Position numbers and translations under genes: made by a program. A DNA stretch of 64,000 nucleotides from an uncultured bacterium (lineage in GTDB: Bacteria > Krumholzibacteriota > Krumholzibacteriia > Krumholzibacteriales > Krumholzibacteriaceae): NCBI GenBank assembly GCA_963813815.1, contig CAWFAD010000007.1:192001-256000 (forward strand), given 5' to 3'. Positions 19,298 to 27,846 of this stretch are shown piece by piece. The notes beneath the pieces were generated by a model, which saw only the letters and a list, made by a program, of their open reading frames with translations, searched no databases and was not told the DNA's origin. How positions within the stretch are numbered: position 1 is the first letter of the stretch; each line of letters starts with the position of its first letter.

Positions 19298-19918
19298 ATG
19301 AAGGAAACGCTCAGACTGTGCTTCGTTCTCACGGCGATCGGAGCCGCGTGCGCCGCCCTCATGGCCTTCGTGGACGGAAAAACGAAAGAGCCGATCGAGA
19401 AGAACGCCGGCGGATCGAAGCTCGACGCGGTGAGCGGTGTGCTGCCGCCGTCGGACAACGACGTCGCCTCCGATACGCTCGTGCTGAACGACGGCACGCG
19501 GGACGTCGTCTTCTACCGGGGAAGAAAGGGCGGGACCGTCGTCGGGGCCGCCTTCGGCGTCACGACCCCGAACGGCTATTCGGGAAGCATCGAGATGCTC
19601 GTCGGCGTCGACACGGCGGGAGTCGTGACGGGGCTCGAGATCCTGAAGCACCTCGAGACCCCGGGGCTCGGCAGCAAGATCGAGACGCCCGAGTTCCGCG
19701 GTCAGTTCCTCGAGAAGAGCCTCCGGGATCCGGAGACGTGGGCGGTGGCGAAGGACGGCGGCGTCTTCAAGCAGATCACCGGCGCGACGATCTCGTCGCG
19801 CGCCGTAACCTCGGCCGTGGCCGCCTCCCTCGAGTTCTTCGAAGCGCACAAGGCGCGGATCCTCGGGGCGGAGAGCGGCGGGAGCGGGAAGGACGCAGCC
19901 GCGGGGGGAGGGAAGTGA
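19298..19918 (+). CDS. rnfG: Rnf complex subunit G
   Basis: GYSGSI, ETPGLG, FMN site ITGATISS. Confidence 0.93.
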   Translation: MKETLRLCFVLTAIGAACAALMAFVDGKTKEPIEKNAGGSKLDAVSGVLPPSDNDVASDTLVLNDGTRDVVFYRGRKGGTVVGAAFGVTTPNGYSGSIEMLVGVDTAGVVTGLEILKHLETPGLGSKIETPEFRGQFLEKSLRDPETWAVAKDGGVFKQITGATISSRAVTSAVAASLEFFEAHKARILGAESGGSGKDAAAGGGK

Positions 19919-20628
19919 TGGGAGCCGGCAAGGAGTTCATGAAGGGGCTCTGGAGCGAGAACCCCATCTTCCGCGTGGTGCTCGGGCTCTGCCCGACGCT
20001 CGCCGTCACGACGGCCGCGCAGAACGGCGTCGGCATGGGAATCGCCGCGACCTTCGTCCTCGTGTGCTCGAACGTCATCATTTCGATGCTCAGGAACTTC
20101 ATCCCGAAGAAGATCCGCATCCCCGCCTACATCGTGCTCATCGCGACCTTCGTCACGGTCGTGGATCTCGTGATGAACGCCTACTTCAATCCGCTGCACA
20201 AGGCGCTCGGCATCTTCATTCCGCTCATCGTGGTGAACTGCATCATCATGGGGAGGGCCGAGGCCTTCGCGTCGAAGAACGGCGTTCTCTACTCGCTGCT
20301 CGACGGCCTCGGGATGGGAATCGGATTCACGATCTCGCTCGTCGTGATCGCGTCGATTCGCGAGCTTCTCGGGAACGGGACGGTGTTCGGAGCGGCGGTC
20401 ATGGGACCTTCCTACGTGCCGTTCCTGCTGCTCATCCTGCCGCCCGGCGCCTTCATCCTTCTCGGCACGATGCTCGGCGCGATGAACCGCGTCGAGATCA
20501 TGCTCGCGCGCCGCGCGGGGCGCACCCCGGCTTTCCGCAAGGAGCACGATTGCGCGAGCTGCGCGATCTTCGCCGGGTGGTCCGACGCCGCGGAGCGGGT
20601 GAAAGCGCTCGAGGAAACCGGCCGCTAG
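19918..20628 (+). CDS. rnfE: Rnf complex subunit E
   Basis: ENP....LGLCPTLAVT, FIPLIVVNCIIMGRAE, LPPGAF. Confidence 0.95.
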   Translation: MGAGKEFMKGLWSENPIFRVVLGLCPTLAVTTAAQNGVGMGIAATFVLVCSNVIISMLRNFIPKKIRIPAYIVLIATFVTVVDLVMNAYFNPLHKALGIFIPLIVVNCIIMGRAEAFASKNGVLYSLLDGLGMGIGFTISLVVIASIRELLGNGTVFGAAVMGPSYVPFLLLILPPGAFILLGTMLGAMNRVEIMLARRAGRTPAFRKEHDCASCAIFAGWSDAAERVKALEETGR

Positions 20629-20724
20629 AAGCGGACGACGGTCCCGAGAAAGAGCACGAGCGCCGCGGCGGCGACGTGCAGTATCCACCAGCCGGGACGT
20701 CCCCTCAGAAAGTGCTTCACGTCT

Positions 20725-21207
20725 CTACCTCCCCGCGAGCCGCCCGAGCGAGAAGACCGCGCCCAGGTAGACGAAGTGTCTGACCCACCACCACGCCGTG
20801 AAGAGTCTCCCCATTCCGCCGGGATGGTAATGGCGGAGTACGATCTGTCCGAGAAAGAGCTTCGGCAGCAGGAGCAGGATGCTCGCGAGCGTCGTGCCGA
20901 GGAGGATATTCCCCGCAGACGGGGGCGAGGGAGGCAGCGAGACGCTGAGCGCCGCCATCGCGATCGTTCCCGCGACGGCGCTCATGCCGTTCCATAGATA
21001 GCCGGCGACGAACGTCCGGGGGAACGCGAGGAGAAACGGCGCGACGGCGACGGAGAGGATTCCCGACGCGAGCGGCACGATGAACGCGGGATTCGACGGA
21101 TCCGCCGGATCGAAGGACACCGGGTGGATGCGCAGGTGCAGCAGCAATCCGCCGAGCGAGAGGATCGCTGTCGCCGCGATCGGCGGAGCGAGCGGATTCG
21201 CTTTCAT
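20725..21207 (-). CDS. Hypothetical integral membrane protein
   Basis: 4-5 hydrophobic segments; LLLHLRIHP; starts 7 nt after the upstream gene. Confidence 0.6.
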   Translation of the reverse strand: MKANPLAPPIAATAILSLGGLLLHLRIHPVSFDPADPSNPAFIVPLASGILSVAVAPFLLAFPRTFVAGYLWNGMSAVAGTIAMAALSVSLPPSPPSAGNILLGTTLASILLLLPKLFLGQIVLRHYHPGGMGRLFTAWWWVRHFVYLGAVFSLGRLAGR

Positions 21208-21213
21208 CGGGCG

Positions 21214-21705
21214 TCACCTCTTTTCCGCGCCGCCGGAGGGTGCGGGAGGCGCCGCGGGGGGTTCGGGCGCCGCGAGGCCCGCCGCCCAGAGCCCGATCGT
21301 CTCGATATCCGCGGCCTTGAGCGGGGGAGCGCCGATCGGCATGATTTTTCCCCTGATCCCCGGGGTCCCGCGGAGCTTCATGAGGAGGTAGCTGCGCTGC
21401 GGCGCTTTCGTGTCGACGAGCATGAGCGTGTCGACCTGCCGGCTCGGCGCGTTCGCGACGGCGGCCGTCATCTTTTCGGGTTCGAGGGCAAGACGCGCCT
21501 TGGGATACGCTCCCGCGTGGCAGCCGGCGGTGGCGCAGCTGCGCTTGAAGATCGCCGCCGCGCGCGCGGCGAGCGCGGCGCGGAGAGAGTCGGCGGACGC
21601 CGCGGGCCGCTCGGCCGCGGCCCGTTCGACGGGCGCGACCGCGAGGAACGAGCAGAGCAGCGCCGCCGCGAGAACGAGCGGGGCGCGAGAGGCGTGATGT
21701 TTCAT
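21214..21705 (-). CDS. Secreted monoheme c-type cytochrome-like protein (CX4CH)
   Basis: Signal peptide; IFKRSCATAGCH, SYLLMKL, MPIGAPPL...I..W resembles planctomycete-type cytochrome c. Confidence 0.65.
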   Translation of the reverse strand: MKHHASRAPLVLAAALLCSFLAVAPVERAAAERPAASADSLRAALAARAAAIFKRSCATAGCHAGAYPKARLALEPEKMTAAVANAPSRQVDTLMLVDTKAPQRSYLLMKLRGTPGIRGKIMPIGAPPLKAADIETIGLWAAGLAAPEPPAAPPAPSGGAEKR

Positions 21706-21736
21706 GAAAGCCCTCCCTTCCGATCCGGAGAGGCGG

Positions 21737-22768
21737 TCAGCGCCCTTCCGCGTTCGCGTCGAGGGCGAGCCGGTCTCCAAAGATCCCGATAGTCCGGTAT
21801 TCTATCCCATCTCCCGCCGGCAACGCAAACAGAGCCGCGATCCCCGCGAGGGGCTCGACGGCCTTCGCGCCATCCGCGGGACCGAGGACGAAGAGACCCG
21901 TCGAGAGGGCGTCCGCGGCGAGCGCCGTCGGCGCGACGACGGTGACGCTCAGCACGTTTTCGACGGGGCGTCCCGTGCGCGGATCGATGAGATGTCCGTA
22001 CCGGCGGCCGTCGATCTCGACGAAGTTCTCGTAGTTGCCGGATGTGGCGATCGCCGCGTCGGCGAGGAGGATCGTTCCGACCGTTTCGAGACCGCCGCGG
22101 GGGTCGCGGACGCCGATGCGCCAGCCGCGGCCTCCCGGCGGGCTTCCGATGGCGTACATGTTGCCCCCGAGATTGACGAGCGCCGCGCGGATGCCGCGCC
22201 GCTCGAGGATCGCGGCGCCGCGGTCGACGGCGTATCCCTTGGCGATGCCGGCGAAGTCGATCCCGGCTCCGGGAGGGAGCGTGACGGCCGAGGAATCGGG
22301 ATCGAGCGCGATCCCGCCGTAGCCGACGAGCGAGAGCGCCGAGTCGATCGCCGCCGGCGCCGGGAGCCTCGGGACCCCTCCCTGGAAGCCCCAGAGGAGA
22401 ACGAGCGGCCGGACCGTCACGTCGAAGGCGCCGCCCGTCGAGCGCGAATAGCGAAGCGAGCTGTCGACGAGGGCGTAGAGCTCGGGCGACACCGAGACCG
22501 GTTCGCCGCGCGATCCGTCGTTGAGACGCGAGAGCTCGCTCGAGCTCTTCCACGTGCTCATGACACCCTCGATGCGGCGGAACTCCCTGAAAACCGCCTC
22601 GGCCGCGTCTTCCGCCTCGGCTTCCCCCGCGCCGGCGACGGTCACCCACGCCATCGTGCCCATGACGAAGGTTTCGGAGGTGTGCATCTCGCGGCGTGCG
22701 CAGGAGATCTGCGGCGCCGCGAGGGCGGCGGCGAGAATGACCGGAACGACTGACCGCGGGAGGCTCAT
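21737..22768 (-). CDS. apbE: FAD:protein FMN transferase ApbE
   Basis: Lipobox; MGT, GAFDVTV.PL, GIAKGYAVD, ATSGNYE, HLIDPRTG, ADALST. Confidence 0.93.
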   Translation of the reverse strand: MSLPRSVVPVILAAALAAPQISCARREMHTSETFVMGTMAWVTVAGAGEAEAEDAAEAVFREFRRIEGVMSTWKSSSELSRLNDGSRGEPVSVSPELYALVDSSLRYSRSTGGAFDVTVRPLVLLWGFQGGVPRLPAPAAIDSALSLVGYGGIALDPDSSAVTLPPGAGIDFAGIAKGYAVDRGAAILERRGIRAALVNLGGNMYAIGSPPGGRGWRIGVRDPRGGLETVGTILLADAAIATSGNYENFVEIDGRRYGHLIDPRTGRPVENVLSVTVVAPTALAADALSTGLFVLGPADGAKAVEPLAGIAALFALPAGDGIEYRTIGIFGDRLALDANAEGR

Positions 22769-24036
22769 GGCGACGGCTTTCCGAGCAGCCGGCACATCCG
22801 TTTCTTGTACTCCTCGACACCCGGCTGGTCGAAGGGATTGACGCCGAGCAGGAGCGCCGAGAGGGCGATCGCGACCTCGAAGAATACGAAAAGCTCGCCG
22901 ATCGAGTCAGGCGTGATCGACGGAACCTCGATCGCGGCGACGGGTATTCCGCCCGCGGCGTGCGCCTCGCGAGTTCCCTCGAACGCGCGGCGGTTCACCC
23001 AGCCGAGGCTGCGTCCGGCGAGATAATCGAGGCCGTCGTCGTCGTCCGGCGCGCGTTCGAGCGCGACGTCCGTTCGGGGGGCGGCGGCGACGAGAAAGGT
23101 CTCGAGGAGGTTGCGGGAGCCTTCCTGGAGATACTGTCCGAGCGAGTGGAGGTCCGTCGTCATGACCGCCGAAGCGGGGAAAAGCCCCCGGCCCGCCTTC
23201 CCTTCCGACTCGCCGGCGAGCTGCTTCCACCATTCGGCGAAGGAGGCGAGCTCCGGGTGAAACGTCGAGAGGACCTCGACCGCCGCGCCTTTCTCGTGGA
23301 GGAGACGGCGCGCGAGTGCGTACCGCACGGCGCCGTTTGCGGCGTCGATCCGAAGCGCACGTTCGAGCGCGGCCCGGCCCCCGGCGAGCAGGTCGGCGAC
23401 GGGAATGCCCGAGGCGGCGCAGGGGAGGAGCCCGACGGGAGAGAGAACGCTCCACCGCCCTCCGACGCCTCGCGGGATCTCGAAGGTCCGCCAGCCTTCC
23501 CGCGCGGCCATCGCGCGGAGAACGCCCGTTTCCCCGTCGGTGACGGCGGTGATCCGCCTCGACGCCTCCCGCGCTCCGACGGAGGAGGCGAGGGCCTTTC
23601 GCACGAGGCGCAGCGCGAGGGCGGGCTCGATCGTGGAGCCCGACTTCGAGATGACGCAGACGGAAAAGCGCTTTCCGGCGAGCGACTGGAGAACCCGCGC
23701 GTGATACTCGGGGGAGAGGTTCGTGCCCGCGAAGAGAACGGGAAACCGGGCCTCGCCGGGAAGGGCGTCGATCGCCGCGCGGGCGCCGAGATAGGAGCCG
23801 CCGATGCCGATTACGACGAGGCAGTCGCTTTCATCTTGGACTCGCTTGCCCCAATCGGCGATCCGGAGGACGTCCCGTTCTCCGGCGCCGGGAAGGTCGA
23901 GCCACCCGAGCATGCCGGCCCCGGGCACCTCCCGGCGAGCGAGGGAGGCGAGCGTTTCGAGCGCGCGCGGAAGGGCCCCGTCGAGCTCGCCGGCGGCGAG
24001 CGATGGTGTCACTCGTGAGAGGTCGAGCGAGAGCAT
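22765..24036 (-). CDS. pgi: Glucose-6-phosphate isomerase
   Basis: GIGGSYLG, SKSGST.E, VGGRWSV, ESEGK, DLHSLGQ, NPFDQPGVEEYK. Confidence 0.95.
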   Translation of the reverse strand: MLSLDLSRVTPSLAAGELDGALPRALETLASLARREVPGAGMLGWLDLPGAGERDVLRIADWGKRVQDESDCLVVIGIGGSYLGARAAIDALPGEARFPVLFAGTNLSPEYHARVLQSLAGKRFSVCVISKSGSTIEPALALRLVRKALASSVGAREASRRITAVTDGETGVLRAMAAREGWRTFEIPRGVGGRWSVLSPVGLLPCAASGIPVADLLAGGRAALERALRIDAANGAVRYALARRLLHEKGAAVEVLSTFHPELASFAEWWKQLAGESEGKAGRGLFPASAVMTTDLHSLGQYLQEGSRNLLETFLVAAAPRTDVALERAPDDDDGLDYLAGRSLGWVNRRAFEGTREAHAAGGIPVAAIEVPSITPDSIGELFVFFEVAIALSALLLGVNPFDQPGVEEYKKRMCRLLGKPSP

Positions 24037-24070
24037 GACGCTTCCTTCCCGGTCGAGGGCCCCGCGGCAC

Positions 24071-25746
24071 TCACTTCGCCGCGTCCATCATCTCCTCGCA
24101 GAGCCGCACGGTCTCCTCGGCGGCGCGGACGATCTCGTCGCGCAGCGCGCGCGCCTCCTCGATGGCCTCGCTCCTGAACGCGGCGTCCGTGATGCCGGGG
24201 AGATTGATCTTCACGTTGAGGTACGCCCCCTCGGCGGCCGTGCGGGCGGCCGAGGCCGCGACCCCGCCGTCGCTCGCCGAATTCCTGTTGCCGTGCCGGA
24301 CGACGGCGTCGGCGAGCGAGGCCGCCTCGCGGCAACGCCGGAGCACCCCGAGGGGAACGAGCGTGGCGCCCTTCGTCGCTTCCTGAATCGCCGCCTCGCG
24401 GGCGCGCTTATCGTCGTCCGTCGCCTTCGGCAGCCGCATCGCGTCCATCACCCGGTTGAAGGCGTCCGTGTCGCGGTCGACGTCGGCGACGAACTCGACG
24501 GCGATCTCCTGGGCGCGGAGCCCGACGCGCTCCATCTCGGCGAAGGCGCTCTCGTACCCCTTCTTGCCGTGCGTGAGCGCGGCGACCATCGACGAGAGCG
24601 CGCCGCTGAGGGCTCCGCAGAGAGCCGCCACGCTTCCGCCGCCCGGCGCGGGCGCGTCGGTCGAAAGGACGTCGACGAACCTGTTCACCGTCATCCCGGC
24701 GAGGACGCCCGTCGTCCGGAACTGGTACTCGATGATCTTCTTGTCCGGTTCGAAGGGATAGAGCTCTCCGAGACCCATCGAGAGAACGGCGATGTGGATG
24801 AGCTCGCTCTCGGGGACCGCCGTCGTCCGTCCCTGTTTTTTCAGGTAATGCCGGCCGGTCTGGAGCAGCGCCTCGAGCGGAATGAGCCCGACGAGCTCGC
24901 TCCCCGTCACTCGCGCGCCGAGCTTCGCGGCGAGAGCGCACGCCTCGTCGAAGGCGGCGTGAGGCGGGGTCACCTTGTAGTTCACGAGGTTCATCGAGAT
25001 CTGAGCGCGGCCGAAGCCCTCGAGGTACCAGCCGACCGCCTTGCAGGCCTTGAACCTTCCCGGCGTGAAGATCGTGTTGCCGCAATCGTCCTTGCAGACG
25101 GAGCCGGTGGCGTCGCGCTTCGCGCGTCCTTTTCCCGGAGGTCGAAGGCGATCTCCCGCGCGATGCGAACGTCGCGGGTGTTGAGGTTGACGTTGAAGGC
25201 GATGAGAAACTCGCGCGCCCCGATGACGGTCGCTCCGGTCCGGGGATTGAACGCGGCGGGGCCGAAATCCGGCTTCCATTTCGGATCCTTGAGCTTTTCG
25301 GCGAGTCCCTCGTACTCCCCCGCGCGGATGTCGGCGAGGTTGCGGCGCGAGGGGTCGGAGGCGGCCTCCTCGTAGAGATACACGGGAATGCCGAGCTCGG
25401 CGCCGACGCGCGCTCCGAGCCTGCGCGCGAGCTCCGCGCATTCGTCCATCGTGGTTCCGGACACCGGCACGAAGGGACAGACGTCCGTGGCGCCGAGCCG
25501 CGCGTGCGCGCCCGCGTGCGATCGCATGTCGATGATCTCGGCGGCCGCGGCGATGGCCCGAAAGGCCGCCTCGAGAACCGCCTCGGGCTCGCCGATGAAG
25601 GTCACGACGGTGCGGTTCGTATCCTTGCCGGGGTCGACGTCGAGGAGCTTCACGCCCTCGCTTTCGCGGATAACGGCCGCGATCCGCTCTATCTTCGCGG
25701 CGTCGCGTCCTTCGCTGAAATTCGGAACGCATTCGACGAGTTTCAT
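24071..25746 (-). CDS. ftcD: Glutamate formimidoyltransferase/cyclodeaminase, interrupted by a 1-nt frameshift near 25130
   Basis: N-half MKLVECVPNFSEGR...GATDVCPF...GAR in one frame; C-half KAVGW...AQISMNL...GSELVGL...APGGGSVAA...SD.GVA in another. Confidence 0.9.
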
Positions 25747-25912
25747 TCCGTGCATCACCTCGCGGCCGAAGAGTCGTTCTTGCGCTGCGGACGACAGGTA
25801 TGGTACGTTCACGCCCGCCGGTGTCGTGTCCTCCGGCGGATCGGCTGAAGCATACAGAGCGCGTGCGCGACGGTCAAGACCGGTTGTGCTCCGGAGGCGC
25901 GCCGGGGACGAT

Positions 25913-26707
25913 ATGCAATTCCACGTCAGCATCACGCTCGATACGCTCGAGGGGCGCGTCGACGAGGCGCTCCGCGGGGGGTTTCGGCCCGAGGTGCGGA
26001 TGGCGAACGTGGAGCACCTGCGTCTCCTCGACGCCGCCTCGCTCTCCCGCCTGCGCGACCTGCGCGACGAACGCGGTTTTCGCACCTTCTCCCACGGTCC
26101 CTACCTCGGACTCGACATCGCGAGCCTCAACGGCCACATCGCGCGTTACAGCGCCGAATGCCTCGATCGCGGCATCGAGGCGACGGCCGCGCTCGGGGGC
26201 TCCGTCATGGTCATCCATACGAACTATTCTCCCTTTTTCTCCCGGGCGGGGCTCCGCGAGTGGATGCGCAACTGGAGCGAACGCATGCTGCCCGTGATCG
26301 AGACGGCGCGCTCGCTCGGCGTGAGCCTGGCGCTCGAAAACGTCTGGGAGCGCACGCCGGAGGAGCTCGAGCGTCTTCTCGACGCGCTTCCGAGAGAAGC
26401 CGTCTTCGTCTGTCTCGACACCGGGCACCTCGCCGCCTTTTCGCGGCTGCCGGTCGAAAGGTGGTGGAGGCGTCTCGGCGACCGCGTCGTCGCCCTTCAT
26501 CTGCACGACAACGACGGGCTCTCGGACGATCACCTGCCGCCGGGAGCCGGGATCTTTGATTTTCCGGCGCTCGCATCGCTGCTCGCCGGGGCCGCGGAGG
26601 CCCCGCTCATGACGCTCGAGGTCGACATCGCGCGCGCCCGCGCGGGGAGGGCGTATCTCGAATCACTCGGAATAACCCCGGGGGAGGGGCGGAGGGCGGC
26701 TCGATGA
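25913..26707 (+). CDS. TIM-barrel metalloenzyme (xylose isomerase-like / AP endonuclease family 2)
   Basis: HGPY, LALENV, CLDTGH, LHLHDNDG..DDHL, TLE. Confidence 0.85.
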   Translation: MQFHVSITLDTLEGRVDEALRGGFRPEVRMANVEHLRLLDAASLSRLRDLRDERGFRTFSHGPYLGLDIASLNGHIARYSAECLDRGIEATAALGGSVMVIHTNYSPFFSRAGLREWMRNWSERMLPVIETARSLGVSLALENVWERTPEELERLLDALPREAVFVCLDTGHLAAFSRLPVERWWRRLGDRVVALHLHDNDGLSDDHLPPGAGIFDFPALASLLAGAAEAPLMTLEVDIARARAGRAYLESLGITPGEGRRAAR

Positions 26708-27846
26708 CGGAGGAAGTGCGCATACTCCACACATCGGATGTCCACCTCGGGGCCCCGTTTCTCTTTCTCGGCTCGAAGGGGGAGGAGCAGCGCCGGGCGC
26801 TGCGCGACGCCCTCGAGCGGACGGTCGCGATCGCCCGCGAGCGGTCCTGCCACGCGATCGTCATCGCGGGGGATCTCTTCGACGGCGCGTTCGACGCGCG
26901 CGAGAGCGACGTGGCGTTCGCGGCTCTTTGTCTCGCGGCCGCGGGCCCGTCGTGCCGCGTCGTGATTCTCCCCGGAGGCCACGATTGCTACGCGCCCGGC
27001 TCCGTTTTCGAGCGCGAGCGGGCGCGTTTCGAGGCGTGCGGGACCGTTCACATCCTGACGCCGGGGCGATCCTTCGTCGTCTTTCCCGATATCTCCCTCG
27101 CCGTGCACGGGGCGCCGCTCGTCTCCCCGTCTCCCGCCCCCGGAGCGCTCTCGTCCCTGGCCCCGGTCCCGGAGTGCCGCTTCAACGTCTGCCTCGCCCA
27201 CGGATCGGTCGCATCCGCGGGGGCGCAGTTCGACGCGCGCGAGGAACCCCTCCGGCTCGAAGAGCTCGCCCGCGGATTCGATTACGTCGCGCTCGGCCAC
27301 TGGCACTCGCGGCGCGCCGTGAGTGCCGGGAAGCCCGCGGCGCACTACAGCGGCTCTCCCGAGATCGTCGCCCGCGATCAGCGCGGCGCCGGATCGATCA
27401 TCTCCGTGGAGCTCTCGCGGGCCGGAGTCCGGGTCGAGAACCTGGAGGTCGGCCGGCGGCGCATCGAGCGCGTGGAGGTCGACTGCACAGGGATCGGAAC
27501 CACCGAGGATCTCGTGAAGGCGGTCGCCGGCGCGGCGAAGCCGGACGCCGACCTCATCGTCGAGCTCGCGCTCTCGGGGTACATCGATCTCGACGCCGCG
27601 ACGGACGCCGAGGCCGCCGCGGCGGCGCTCGCGGAGCGGTATTTCTCGGTGCGTCTCGCCGGCGAGGGCCCCTCGCGGGCGATCGGCCGGGAGGACCTGC
27701 TCGCCGCGCCGGAGGACACGGTCGCCGGCCGGTTCGCGCGGATCATGCTCCGTAGGATCGACGAGGCGGCGGCCTCGGAGCGCGCGATCCTCGAGGAAGC
27801 GCTCCAGATCGGCGTCCAGCTTCTGAGAGGAAGAGATTTGATGTGA
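26704..27846 (+). CDS. SbcD/Mre11/YhaO-like metallophosphoesterase nuclease
   Basis: LHTSDVHLG, IAGDLFD, PGGHD, AHGS, DYVALGHWH, YSGSPE. Confidence 0.88.
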   Translation: MTEEVRILHTSDVHLGAPFLFLGSKGEEQRRALRDALERTVAIARERSCHAIVIAGDLFDGAFDARESDVAFAALCLAAAGPSCRVVILPGGHDCYAPGSVFERERARFEACGTVHILTPGRSFVVFPDISLAVHGAPLVSPSPAPGALSSLAPVPECRFNVCLAHGSVASAGAQFDAREEPLRLEELARGFDYVALGHWHSRRAVSAGKPAAHYSGSPEIVARDQRGAGSIISVELSRAGVRVENLEVGRRRIERVEVDCTGIGTTEDLVKAVAGAAKPDADLIVELALSGYIDLDAATDAEAAAAALAERYFSVRLAGEGPSRAIGREDLLAAPEDTVAGRFARIMLRRIDEAAASERAILEEALQIGVQLLRGRDLM

